64,000 nucleotides of DNA, taken from the NCBI GenBank assembly GCA_964573885.1, contig CAZNLL010000001.1, positions 18,779 to 82,778 on the forward strand, in the 5' to 3' direction. The DNA is from an uncultured Desulfobacteraceae bacterium (GTDB lineage Bacteria; Desulfobacterota; DSM-4660; Desulfatiglandales; Desulfatiglandaceae). The notes under the pieces were generated by a model. The model was given only the letters and a program-made list of their open reading frames with translations, was not told where the DNA came from and searched no databases. Shown piece after piece: positions 35,781 through 45,092 of the stretch; the first letter of the stretch is position 1, and each line of letters starts with the position of its first letter. The translations under genes were made by a program, and so were the position numbers.

Positions 35781-36617
35781 ATGGAGGCCAGCAGGATGGT
35801 TAGCGTTGGAGAGGTCAAGGAGGGTGAAACCATCTTACAGCTCAACGACGTACACATGTACTTCGGTAAGGTGGCCGCCCTGGCCGGCGTGAACCTGGAG
35901 GTCAGGAAGGGCGAAATTCACTCTATTATCGGACCTAACGGAGCCGGCAAGACGGTGATGATGAATTGCATTAACGGGCTTTATAGCCCCCAAAAAGGGG
36001 ATATCTATTATAGGGGCGAGAAGATCAACGCCCTGAAGCCTCACAAGCGGGCCGCCCTCGGTATTTCAAGGACCTTTCAAAAGATTGAGCTCTTCGGCGG
36101 CATGACGGTCCTTGATAACATTCGTCTCGGAAGGCATATCCATCTCAAAAGCGGGATCGTGAGCGGATCCGTATATGTGGGAAAGACCAAGAAAGAGGAG
36201 CTGGAGGCCAGGGAATTTATCGAAGAGGAGATCATCGATCTCCTGGAGATAGAGAGTATCCGGGACAAGGTGGTCCACATGCTCCCCTATGGTCTTCAAA
36301 AACGGGTGGAACTGGGCCGGGCCCTGGCCCTGAACCCCGAGCTCCTGCTTTTGGACGAGCCTTTGGCCGGGCTGAACCTGGAAGAGGTGGAAGACATGGC
36401 CCGGTTCATCTTGGACCTCAACGAGGAGAAAAGGTGGAAGGTGACCTGCATCCTGGTGGAACATGACATGGGTGTGGTTATGGATATATCCCACCATGTT
36501 TTTGTTTTGAATTTCGGCAATCAGATCACGGACGGGCCACCCGATGAGGTACAGCACAACCCGGAGGTGATCAAGGCCTACCTGGGTGAAGAGGACCTCT
36601 ACGCCACGAGGAGGTAA
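35781..36617 (+). CDS. ABC importer ATPase, LivG-like
   Basis: 278 aa with Walker A GPNGAGKT, LPYGLQKRVELGRAL, Walker B LLLLDEP and the LivG-type C-terminal motif. The start may instead be the ATG at 35796 (GGAGG 8 nt upstream). Confidence 0.85.
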   Translation: MEASRMVSVGEVKEGETILQLNDVHMYFGKVAALAGVNLEVRKGEIHSIIGPNGAGKTVMMNCINGLYSPQKGDIYYRGEKINALKPHKRAALGISRTFQKIELFGGMTVLDNIRLGRHIHLKSGIVSGSVYVGKTKKEELEAREFIEEEIIDLLEIESIRDKVVHMLPYGLQKRVELGRALALNPELLLLDEPLAGLNLEEVEDMARFILDLNEEKRWKVTCILVEHDMGVVMDISHHVFVLNFGNQITDGPPDEVQHNPEVIKAYLGEEDLYATRR

Positions 36618-36619
36618 AG

Positions 36620-38548
36620 GTGGAGATGAATGGATCTGGGATAGAAATCACCAAGGACCTCACAATCCCCAAGCTTTTTCTGCGCCAGTGTAAACGTTAC
36701 GGCCGGGACAAGGTGGCCATGAGAGAAAAGGAATTCGGCATCTGGATCCCTTTTACGTGGCACGACTATTATGAGAATGTCAAATTCCTCTGCCTGGGCA
36801 TGGTGAGTTTGGGACTGAAACGGGGAGACAAGGTGTCCATGATCGGGGACAACCGCCCCGAGGGCCTTTGGGCCGAGATGGCGGCCATGTGTGCGGGAGG
36901 AATCGGTGTCTGGCTCTTCCAGGACTGTATGATGGAGGAGGTCAAATATATCATCGATCACTCGGATACCACCTTCTTTATGGGAGAAACCCAGGAAGAG
37001 GTGGACAAGGCCCTGTCCATCAAGGATGAATGCCCCAAATTAAAGTGGATCATCTGGGATGATCCCAAGGGCATGAGGAATTATCACCAGGAATTTCTTA
37101 TGAGCATCAAGGATGTCCAGAAACTGGGAAAAGAACTTGACCAGAAAGAACCGGACCTCTTTGAAAACATGATCAATGAAGGTCATGGAGACGATATCTG
37201 CCTTCTCTTCTATACGTCGGGGACCACAGCACTGCCCAAAGGGGCCCTTTTGAGCCATTGGAACATGCTCACCATGGGGCAAAACCTCATGGCTGTCGAC
37301 CCCTGCTATGATACGGATGATTTTGTCTCCTATCTGCCCTTTGCATGGATCGGTGAGCAGATGATGTCCATATCCTGCGGCCTCCAGGTGGGCTATACCC
37401 TCAATTTTCCCGAAGAGCCGGAAACGGCCCAGCAAAATATCCGGGAGATCGGGCCCCATGTCATGTTTGCGCCCCCCCGGCTTTACGAAGGCATGACCAG
37501 GAGTGTACAGGTCAAGCACATCGACTCGAGCTGGTTAAAGAGGCAGGTGTACAATTTGGCCACCAAGATCGGCTACAGGGTGGCAAATCTCAAATTTGAT
37601 TCCCAACCGGTCCCCTGGTACCTGAAGCTGCTCAACTGGCTGGCCTTTATCACCGTCCAGGCTAAATTAAAGGATCACCTGGGCATGTCCCGTCTCAGGC
37701 ACTGTTACACAGGCGGCGCGGCCATGGGCCCGGACCATTTCCGGTTTTTTCACGCCTTGGGCGTGAACCTGAAGCAGATTTACGGCCAAACGGAAATCGC
37801 GGGGATCTCCATCGTCCACCGGGATGGAGATGTCAAGTTCGATACCGTGGGAACGCCCATCCCCGAAACCGAGGTCCGGATCACGGAAGACGGTGAGATC
37901 ATCTCCAAGAGCCCCTCCGTGTTTCTGGGCTATTATAAGAACGAGGAGGCCACGGAAAAGACGCTGGTAAACGGCTGGCTCTACTCCGGTGACAGGGGGT
38001 TTATTGATGAGGACGGTCATCTGGTGGTATTTGATCGTTCCAAAGATGTGATGACCCTTAGCGACGGCAGGCCCTTCGCCCCCCAGTACTTGGAAACCCG
38101 TCTCAAATTCAGCCCCTTTGTCCAGGAGGCCTGGGTGGTGGGTGATAGCAGGCCTTACGTGACGGCGGTGATGTGTATTGACTATTCCGTTGTGGGGAAA
38201 TGGGCCGACGAGAAGAAGATCAATTACACCAGTTACCCGGAGCTTTCTCAGAAGACCCAGGTCTATGACCTCATTCAGAAACAGATCGAGGAGGCCAACA
38301 AAGACCTTCCCCCGCCGGCAAAGATCTATAAATTCGTCAACCTTTACAAGGTGTTCGATGCTGATGACGAGGAACTCACAAGGACCTCTAAACTGAGGCG
38401 CGCCTTTGTGGAAAAACGGTACAAGGGCATTGTGGACGCCCTCTATTCAGACACAGATGTGGTTCACATGGATACCACCATCACCTATGAAGACGGGCGG
38501 GAGCAGCGGATAAAGACGGATCTTAGAATTCAGAATATTAACGTGTAA
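36620..38548 (+). CDS. Long-chain-type AMP-dependent acyl-CoA synthetase (FAA1/COG1022-like) embedded in the ABC transporter operon
   Basis: 642 aa with LFYTSGTTALPKGALLSH, YGQTE and SGDRGFIDEDGHL.V.DR.KD. It starts 2-8 nt after the livG-like stop (GTG 36620 or ATG 36626, RBS GAGGAGG). Confidence 0.8.
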   Translation: MEMNGSGIEITKDLTIPKLFLRQCKRYGRDKVAMREKEFGIWIPFTWHDYYENVKFLCLGMVSLGLKRGDKVSMIGDNRPEGLWAEMAAMCAGGIGVWLFQDCMMEEVKYIIDHSDTTFFMGETQEEVDKALSIKDECPKLKWIIWDDPKGMRNYHQEFLMSIKDVQKLGKELDQKEPDLFENMINEGHGDDICLLFYTSGTTALPKGALLSHWNMLTMGQNLMAVDPCYDTDDFVSYLPFAWIGEQMMSISCGLQVGYTLNFPEEPETAQQNIREIGPHVMFAPPRLYEGMTRSVQVKHIDSSWLKRQVYNLATKIGYRVANLKFDSQPVPWYLKLLNWLAFITVQAKLKDHLGMSRLRHCYTGGAAMGPDHFRFFHALGVNLKQIYGQTEIAGISIVHRDGDVKFDTVGTPIPETEVRITEDGEIISKSPSVFLGYYKNEEATEKTLVNGWLYSGDRGFIDEDGHLVVFDRSKDVMTLSDGRPFAPQYLETRLKFSPFVQEAWVVGDSRPYVTAVMCIDYSVVGKWADEKKINYTSYPELSQKTQVYDLIQKQIEEANKDLPPPAKIYKFVNLYKVFDADDEELTRTSKLRRAFVEKRYKGIVDALYSDTDVVHMDTTITYEDGREQRIKTDLRIQNINV

Positions 38549-38560
38549 AGGGGGTAGGGA

Positions 38561-39445
38561 ATGGAGCTGTTTTTTATGAGCTTGACCACCGGCATCCTGG
38601 TGGGGGGGATCTATGCCCTGGTGGCTCTCGGATGGGTCCTGATCTACAAGTGCTCGGGGGTTTTGAACCTGGCCATGGGTGAGTTGACCCTCATAGGGGC
38701 CTACGTGGCCCTGACCTTTTACCAGTGGGGGATCCCTTTTATCCTGGCCGTATTGCTGACCCTGATCGTGGGTATTGTCCTGGGGTTTCTGACGGAGAGG
38801 GTTTTTCTGGACAAGCTCATTGGAGAGCCCATCCTGGCCGTCATCATGGTGACGGTGGGGCTTTCTTTTTTCTTCAAGGGCTTGGTTGAATTCGTCTGGG
38901 GGACGGACACCAGGGTGTTTACCCCCGCCGTCTTTCCCCTCAAACCCATTAGCGTGGGAATCTTCAAGATATCGCCCGTCTATTTATGGTCTTTTATCCT
39001 CGCCATCGTCCTCCTCATTGTGTTTGTCGCTTTTTTCAAGTACACCCGTTGGGGCCTTTCCATGCAGGCCACGGCCGATGATGAAACCGCGGCCCTCTCC
39101 CTGGGGGTGAGTGCCCGTTTTGTGTATGCGTCGGCCTGGGCCATCGCCTTTATGAGCGCGGGTGTGGGCGGGGCCTTGCTCGGAAATATCAACGGGATCA
39201 ACATCTCGGTGGGGTACCTGGGTCTTCTGGTCCTCCCCGCGGTGGTCCTGGGAGGGCTCAATTCCGTTCCAGGGGCTATTGTGGGCGGGATCATCATAGG
39301 CCTGCTCCAGAATTTTTCAGGAACCTATCTCGACCAGTTTTTCCCGGGCGGGGTAAAGGAGATCGTGCCCTTTGCCTTTATGGCGGTTTTCCTCCTCTTC
39401 AAGCCTTACGGTCTCTGGGGTTGGGAGAGGATTGAGAGGGTTTAG
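38561..39445 (+). CDS. ABC importer permease, LivH-like
   Basis: 294 aa and polytopic (GVLNLAMGE, ATADDETAA, GAIVGG). Confidence 0.8.
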   Translation: MELFFMSLTTGILVGGIYALVALGWVLIYKCSGVLNLAMGELTLIGAYVALTFYQWGIPFILAVLLTLIVGIVLGFLTERVFLDKLIGEPILAVIMVTVGLSFFFKGLVEFVWGTDTRVFTPAVFPLKPISVGIFKISPVYLWSFILAIVLLIVFVAFFKYTRWGLSMQATADDETAALSLGVSARFVYASAWAIAFMSAGVGGALLGNINGINISVGYLGLLVLPAVVLGGLNSVPGAIVGGIIIGLLQNFSGTYLDQFFPGGVKEIVPFAFMAVFLLFKPYGLWGWERIERV

Positions 39446-39456
39446 GAGGGTTTTCC

Positions 39457-40557
39457 ATGTCCAGTGTGTGGCTGCCGTGTGGTGATTATCATTGGCGTTA
39501 TGAGCAGGATCAGGGGTGGTGGCAGAGCAAATTCATCAAAGGCAAGATGATCCTCCTGCTCCTTATTGTGTTCATCGGTATCCCTTGGCTGCTTCCCGAA
39601 TACTGGATCGGGATAGGCACCATGGTGGGATACACGGCCATGGGCGCACTCGGAGTTCAGCTCCTTATCGGGTTCGCCGGGTTGATCACCCTCGGCCATG
39701 CGGCCTTTATTGCCGTAGGGGCCTATGCAAGCACCATGCTGGTCCTCCAGTTCCCTTGGCCGCAGGTCATAACAGACTGGGGGCTCGCTTATCCCATCAG
39801 CATCATTGTTGCGGGAATTGCTGCAGGCCTCTGGAGCGTCCTCTTCGGGCTGCCCTCGGCCAAGGTAAAGGGCTTTTATCTCATCCTCACCACCATGGCC
39901 GCCCAGTTTATTACCGTGGATTTCATCCTGACCCAGTATGTGAGCCAGATCGGCGGCCGGGGGCAGGCCTTTTCTTTGCCTCCGGGGACCATTAAAATAG
40001 GGCCCTGGATTATTGACACGGAGATCAAGATTTACTACCTCATGGCCGTCTTGCTCACCTTAATGGTGATTGTTGTGGCCAATCTGCTGCGGTCCAAGCC
40101 GGGCCGGGCCTGGGTGGCCATCAGGGACAATGATATCGCCGCGGAGGCCCTGGGCATCAATATCGTTTGGTACAAGCTGCTGGCCTTTTTTGTGGCCGGT
40201 TTTCTGGCCGGGGTGGCCGGGGCCTTCTGGGTGAGCAATACGGCCGCCCTCAGTCCGGAGCACTTTCCCTGGTTTTGGTCTTTGTGGCTTGTGGGCGTCA
40301 TCCTCATCGGAGGGGTGGGTTCCATACACGGGGCCATTTTCGGATCTCTTTTCATGGTCGTGATTATGGAACTCCTCCAAATGGCGGTTATCCCCCTTGC
40401 AGAATACTATCCCAAGCTGCTGATGGATTTTGCCTACCTCAAGGACATGGCCTTTGGTCTGGCCATATGCGCCTTTTTGATCTATGAGCCGAACGGGCTT
40501 GCCTACAGGTGGTGGCAGGCCAAAAACTACTTTAACCTGTGGCCGTTCTCTTACTAG
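39457..40557 (+). CDS. ABC importer permease, LivM-like
   Basis: 366 aa and polytopic (GLITLGHAAFIAVGAY, AIRDNDIAAE). Confidence 0.8.
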   Translation: MSSVWLPCGDYHWRYEQDQGWWQSKFIKGKMILLLLIVFIGIPWLLPEYWIGIGTMVGYTAMGALGVQLLIGFAGLITLGHAAFIAVGAYASTMLVLQFPWPQVITDWGLAYPISIIVAGIAAGLWSVLFGLPSAKVKGFYLILTTMAAQFITVDFILTQYVSQIGGRGQAFSLPPGTIKIGPWIIDTEIKIYYLMAVLLTLMVIVVANLLRSKPGRAWVAIRDNDIAAEALGINIVWYKLLAFFVAGFLAGVAGAFWVSNTAALSPEHFPWFWSLWLVGVILIGGVGSIHGAIFGSLFMVVIMELLQMAVIPLAEYYPKLLMDFAYLKDMAFGLAICAFLIYEPNGLAYRWWQAKNYFNLWPFSY

Positions 40558-40650
40558 AAAGGAGGTGAAGTGGTCTTCCATAGGCATGAGGTTATGATAA
40601 AGGGAATTGTCAACATCTGTTTTTCATAAGAGCAAAGGGGGAAACCAATT

Positions 40651-41895
40651 ATGAAAAAGGGCATTATTCTTAGACTTTTGGTACCGCTTCTGGCGGTGGT
40701 CTTGTTGGTCGGGTTCTCCACATCCGCTGTGGCCAAACAGATCAAAGTGGGCGGCATCATGGATACAACGGGTGCCACTTCTGACGTGGGCAAGGACTAT
40801 GCCCTGGGCATGTCAGAGGCCTTCAAGTACATCAACAACCAGGGGGGGGTGAACGGGAAAAAGATCAAATACACCTGGTTTGATTACGGGTACCGCATCC
40901 CCGAGGCCATCACGAAATATAAGCTCCTCAAAAGGCTGGGGTCCATCGCCATCATGGGATGGGGGACCGGCGATACAGAGGCCCTTTCCCCGACCATCAA
41001 CAAGGACAAGATACCCTATGTGTCCGCGTCCTATTCGGCCCATTTGACGGACCCCAAAAAGACACCCTATAACCTTTTTTTCTCCTCCGACTACTCAACA
41101 AACGCCAGGTCCTGCATCACGGCCTGGTTTGACAAAAAGTGGCCCAAACACCAGGATTACGGCAAGAGAAAACCAAGGTTTGCCTGTGTGTATATGTTTG
41201 CATCCCCTTACTGTAGTGCACCCATCAAGGCCGTGAAGGACCATGCCACCATGCTCGGCTTTGAGGTGGGTCCGGACCAGGACGTCTCTCTCTTTGCCCT
41301 GGACGCCAAGAGCCAGATTATGGCCTTGAAAGATTTCAAACCGGACCTGCTCTGGCACGGCAACACCACCATGTCGGTTTCGGCCACCATCAGGGACGCC
41401 TATGCCCTGGGGCTCGGGGCGGACTGGATCATCAACAACTGGGGTTTTGATGAGAACCTGCCCCGCCTGGCCGGAGAGGCCGCTGAAGGGGTCATGGGGG
41501 CCACGCCCTGTGCCTTTTACGGACAGAACTACAAAAACATGGACATCGTGGTCGCCATGGCCAAGAAATACAACCCCGGGGTACCGCAGGACAAGAGGCT
41601 GATCAGGACCATCCAGGCCTGGGGCGACGCCTTGATCCTCTGGGAAGCCATGAAGCGGGCCGACAAGGCGGGTGATCTGACAGGGCCCGGTATTATGAGG
41701 AAGGGCTTTGAGAGCCTCCGCAATTACGATATCGGTCTGGGGGCGGCACCCATTACCTTTCTGCCTAACGACCATCGGCCCGCCACGGGCTGCCTGGTTC
41801 AGGAGTGGAAGAATGGCAAGTTCGTGGAAGTGGAGAGGGTCGACCTGAAAGCGCGCTGGCCGGAGAAGTGGGAAAAAGAATGGCTCGGCTGGTAG
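40651..41895 (+). CDS. Periplasmic substrate-binding protein (LivJ-like PBP1); substrate unknown
   Basis: 414 aa with a signal peptide (MKKGIILRLLVPLLAVVLLVGFSTSAVA). It lies within the ABC operon. RBS AAGGGGGA. Confidence 0.75.
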   Translation: MKKGIILRLLVPLLAVVLLVGFSTSAVAKQIKVGGIMDTTGATSDVGKDYALGMSEAFKYINNQGGVNGKKIKYTWFDYGYRIPEAITKYKLLKRLGSIAIMGWGTGDTEALSPTINKDKIPYVSASYSAHLTDPKKTPYNLFFSSDYSTNARSCITAWFDKKWPKHQDYGKRKPRFACVYMFASPYCSAPIKAVKDHATMLGFEVGPDQDVSLFALDAKSQIMALKDFKPDLLWHGNTTMSVSATIRDAYALGLGADWIINNWGFDENLPRLAGEAAEGVMGATPCAFYGQNYKNMDIVVAMAKKYNPGVPQDKRLIRTIQAWGDALILWEAMKRADKAGDLTGPGIMRKGFESLRNYDIGLGAAPITFLPNDHRPATGCLVQEWKNGKFVEVERVDLKARWPEKWEKEWLGW

Positions 41896-41928
41896 CCAAT
41901 ACCTAACATCACCCTTGGAGGTAGGGCC

Positions 41929-42738
41929 TTGGAGGCAGTAGAGTCTATCCTAAAGATCAATAATATTGAGGTCAAGTACCATGAAGTCATCCTGGTGCGT
42001 AAGGGGGTCTCCATAGAGGTCCCCCGGGGCGGGATCGTGGCCCTCCTGGGCGCCAACGGCGCCGGGAAAAGCACGACTCTCAAATCCATCTCCGGCCTGC
42101 TCAAGGTCGAAGATGGTGAGGTGACGGATGGTGCCATCGAGTATGAGGGGCGATACATCCACCGTGAGAAGGCGGCGAATATAGCCAAGTGGGGGATCGT
42201 CCAGGTCATTGAGGGCCGACGGGTCTTTGAGCACCTCACTGTGGAGGAAAACCTGAAGGTGGGGGCCCACCTCAGGAAGACCGGCTCCGTAAAGGACGGG
42301 TTGGAACTGGTCTATCACTATTTTCCCAGGCTTAGGGAAAAACGCAGTGAGGTGGCCGGCTTTGTCAGCGGCGGTGAACAGCAGATGACCGTGGTGGGCA
42401 GGGCCCTCATGACCGAGCCCAAGCTGGTTCTCCTCGATGAACCGTCCATGGGATTGGCCCCTATGCTTATCCATGAGATCTTTAATATCATCACCAGGCT
42501 CAATGCTGAGGAGAGAATCTCCATCCTTTTGGTGGAGCAGAACGCCAAGCTGGCCCTGAACGTGGCACCCCATGCCTATGTCATGGAGACGGGCAGGATC
42601 GTGATGGATGACAGCTCCCAGAAATTGATCGAAAATGAGGATATTAAGGATTTCTATCTTGGTCTCACCGACAAGGGAGGGAGAAAGAGCTTTCGTGAGG
42701 TGAAGCATTACAAAAGAAGAAAGAGGTGGTTAACCTGA
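41929..42738 (+). CDS. ABC importer ATPase, LivF-like, with a basic C-terminal extension
   Basis: 269 aa with Walker A GANGAGKST, signature VSGGEQQM and Walker B VLLDEPS. The TTG start lies 7 nt after GGAGG. The tail reads GGRKSFREVKHYKRRKRW. Confidence 0.85.
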   Translation: MEAVESILKINNIEVKYHEVILVRKGVSIEVPRGGIVALLGANGAGKSTTLKSISGLLKVEDGEVTDGAIEYEGRYIHREKAANIAKWGIVQVIEGRRVFEHLTVEENLKVGAHLRKTGSVKDGLELVYHYFPRLREKRSEVAGFVSGGEQQMTVVGRALMTEPKLVLLDEPSMGLAPMLIHEIFNIITRLNAEERISILLVEQNAKLALNVAPHAYVMETGRIVMDDSSQKLIENEDIKDFYLGLTDKGGRKSFREVKHYKRRKRWLT

Positions 42739-42847
42739 TCGGGGATGCGTTGGCGCACCCTTTGTTTGCCCCTCTCATGGCCGAGGCGGGCCATGGGGCC
42801 GGGAAGGAAAGGTGCCAGCCCTGTTCCCACACAAGGGAGGTTCTGTG

Positions 42848-43444
42848 ATGAATAAGAAACTGGTTTTGATGACCGTTCTTCTTTTCGGCCTGGGTGTTAT
42901 TTTCGCATCCTGTGCCGCTATAAAAACAACACCTTCAGAGGCGAATTTTAAGGACCCGAAGATTACCCTGGAGGAATTCATGGTGCCCCAGTACGACGGG
43001 TACTGGTATTTCTCCAGCAAGACCAAGCCTACCAAGGGAAAGGCGGGCAACTACGGGGCGCCGTTGCCCATGAGTTTTCTCTTTTCCGTTGAGAATCCAA
43101 ACCCTTACCCTATTACACTGGACGGCCTCAAGTTTACGGTGGCCTTTGACAAGGAATTCGATATGGTGACGGTCAACAACCAGGATACCTATTGGATTCC
43201 CGCGGGCAAGACAGACCATGTGCGGGTCACCACCATGATTACGGCCCGTTCCGGGCTCTTAAGCCTTTTGGTGACCGGCGGCTTCAAGCTCAAGGCCAAG
43301 GGCTGGTCCCCCTGGGACGCCCTTGAGAGATGGTGGACTGGGATTCCTGAGTTTTCAGTACCTATAACCGTGAAAGAGGGGGCCTTCACCTTCACCGCCG
43401 ACGGTGTGATCCGGGTGCTGCCCTTTCAGGCGACTTTTCCCTAA
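42848..43444 (+). CDS. Lipoprotein with a LEA_2 / LEA14-like (WHy-type) domain
   Basis: Lipobox IFASC after a hydrophobic leader. F.DPKITLEEF......MSFLFSVENPNPYPITLDGLKFTV...... resembles the NPN-containing LEA_2 signature. The ATG at 42848 is preceded by AGGGAGG. Confidence 0.5.
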   Translation: MNKKLVLMTVLLFGLGVIFASCAAIKTTPSEANFKDPKITLEEFMVPQYDGYWYFSSKTKPTKGKAGNYGAPLPMSFLFSVENPNPYPITLDGLKFTVAFDKEFDMVTVNNQDTYWIPAGKTDHVRVTTMITARSGLLSLLVTGGFKLKAKGWSPWDALERWWTGIPEFSVPITVKEGAFTFTADGVIRVLPFQATFP

Positions 43445-43459
43445 ACCGTGATTGACTGA

Positions 43460-43499
43460 GCCCTTTGCCTTGGGAAAACCTGGCAAAGGGCGTTTTTTT
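43460..43499 (+). terminator. Rho-independent terminator after the lipoprotein gene, ending at the next gene's first ATG
   Basis: GCCCTTTGCC (43460-43469) pairs perfectly with GGCAAAGGGC (43482-43491). A 12-nt loop separates the arms and G plus TTTTTTT (43492-43499) follows. Confidence 0.75.
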
Positions 43500-43511
43500 A
43501 TGAGGGACACT

Positions 43512-45032
43512 ATGGGACTTTATGACTTTACCTTCTACGATCTCATGAACCGGAATGCAGCCGCCTTTAAGGACAAGGAGGCGTGGTATGAGGTGGATGA
43601 CGGCCGAACCCTGACCTTCTCTCAGTATAAGGAAAGGGCGGACCAGCTCGCCTGCGGCCTGCAGCGGGCCGGGATCAAAAAGGGAGACCGCATCGGCGTG
43701 GTGGGGAAAAACAGCCTTGAATTTTTTCTCCTCTATGGCGCGGCCGCCGGCCTGGGCGTTATCATGCTTCCCGTCAACTGGAGGCTTTCCGCCGAGGAAG
43801 TGGCCTATAACCTGAACGATTGCACCCCCAGGGTGGTATTTGCAGATGAGGGGTTTCAGGAGACCGTGGAGGGTGTAAAGGAAAAGCTGCCCTCCGTGGA
43901 GGAGTACTTCAACCTGGGGGCCAAGGGCCGCTTCGCGGATTTTGATCGTCTTCTCGGCCAGGGAACCGATTATGATCGCGCGGATGTGTCCACAGACGAC
44001 GGCTTTGTGATCATCCACACGGCCGCCGTGGCTGGCAGGCCGAGAGGGGCCTTGCTGAGTCACGGCAACGTGCTTTGCGCGGATATGCACATTGATTACC
44101 TCTGCGGCTTGGACCACCAAGACGTCCATCTCAATATCCTGCCCCTCTTCCACGTGGGGGGCCTGTTCCTGGTCACCTCGACCTTTCATGCGGGAGCGCT
44201 CAACGTCAATATGAGTAAATTTGACGCCGCCAAGGCCGTAGAGCTTATCAAGGAAAAGGGCGTAACCGTATTGTTTGAGTTTGCCCCTATCCTTGGTTCC
44301 ATTTTGGATGAGCAGGAAAAGACCGGGACGGATATCACGTCCTTGAGGGCCGCGGCCGGATTGGACGCCCCGGAGACCATTGAGAAATTCCAGCAGGTCA
44401 CAGGGGGCACCTTTTACTGCCTTTACGGGCAGACGGAAACCTCCGCCATCGCCACCTTCGGTACCTACAATGAAAAGCCGGGATCCGCCGGCAGACCTCT
44501 TCCCCTGTCAGAGGTAAGACTCGTGGATGACTATGATCGTCCCGTACCTTTGGGCGAGGTCGGGGAGATTACCATGAAGGGGCCTATGGTCTTTAAGGGG
44601 TACTGGAATCTGCCAAAGGATAATGAATATACCTTCAGGGAGGGGTGGCACCACACAGGAGATACGGGGCGATTTGATGCGGACGGGTTCCTCTGGTATG
44701 CAGGCCGTAAGGCTGAAAAGGAACTGATTAAGCCCGGAGGCGAAAACGTCTACCCCGCAGAGGTGGAAAAGGCCATCCTGGAGCATCCTGCCATAGAAGG
44801 GGCGGTCGTCTTCGGCGTCCCCGACCCCAAATGGAAGGAGGGGATTAAGGCGGTGTGCCTCTTAAAACCCGGTCAGTCGCTCGAGGCCCAGGAACTGATT
44901 GATTTTGTGGGAGAGCAGATCGCCCGATACAAGAAGCCTCAGTACGTGGAATTTGTCACGGACTTTCCTTTTCTTGAAGACGGCTCTCCGGACAGGAACA
45001 AGATCAAGGAGATGTACGGAGGCGGGCAGTAA
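43512..45032 (+). CDS. AMP-dependent acyl-CoA synthetase (medium-chain/aromatic type)
   Basis: IIHTAAVAGRPRGALLSH, YGQTET, HTGD.GRFD.DGF.WY.GR and ELIKPGGENVYP.EVE. The ORF-track start at 43452 lies inside the terminator hairpin, so I prefer the ATG at 43512 (or 43500). Confidence 0.8.
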   Translation: MGLYDFTFYDLMNRNAAAFKDKEAWYEVDDGRTLTFSQYKERADQLACGLQRAGIKKGDRIGVVGKNSLEFFLLYGAAAGLGVIMLPVNWRLSAEEVAYNLNDCTPRVVFADEGFQETVEGVKEKLPSVEEYFNLGAKGRFADFDRLLGQGTDYDRADVSTDDGFVIIHTAAVAGRPRGALLSHGNVLCADMHIDYLCGLDHQDVHLNILPLFHVGGLFLVTSTFHAGALNVNMSKFDAAKAVELIKEKGVTVLFEFAPILGSILDEQEKTGTDITSLRAAAGLDAPETIEKFQQVTGGTFYCLYGQTETSAIATFGTYNEKPGSAGRPLPLSEVRLVDDYDRPVPLGEVGEITMKGPMVFKGYWNLPKDNEYTFREGWHHTGDTGRFDADGFLWYAGRKAEKELIKPGGENVYPAEVEKAILEHPAIEGAVVFGVPDPKWKEGIKAVCLLKPGQSLEAQELIDFVGEQIARYKKPQYVEFVTDFPFLEDGSPDRNKIKEMYGGGQ

Positions 45033-45055
45033 AAGCTCACCAAAACCCCACTTTG

Positions 45056-45085
45056 AAAGCCCTGCTATTAGTAGGGCTTTTTTTC
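45056..45085 (+). terminator. Rho-independent terminator after the CoA ligase gene
   Basis: AAAGCCCT (45056-45063) pairs with AGGGCTTT (45073-45080) across a 9-nt loop. The stem runs into a T-tract (TTTTTTT counting the stem bases). Confidence 0.7.
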
Positions 45086-45092
45086 TTGAATC

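Noticed and set aside
41950-42708. Long antisense ORFs opposite ABC ATPase, ligase and HD genes. Examples are 41950-42708, 43392-44189, 34464-35330, 21690-22547, 61996-62787, 36066-36557 and 9417-10340
   Set aside because: Each is antisense to a gene with unambiguous family motifs (Walker A/B, AMP-binding, HD, crotonase). They have no RBS or independent signals and show the biased composition typical of shadow ORFs.
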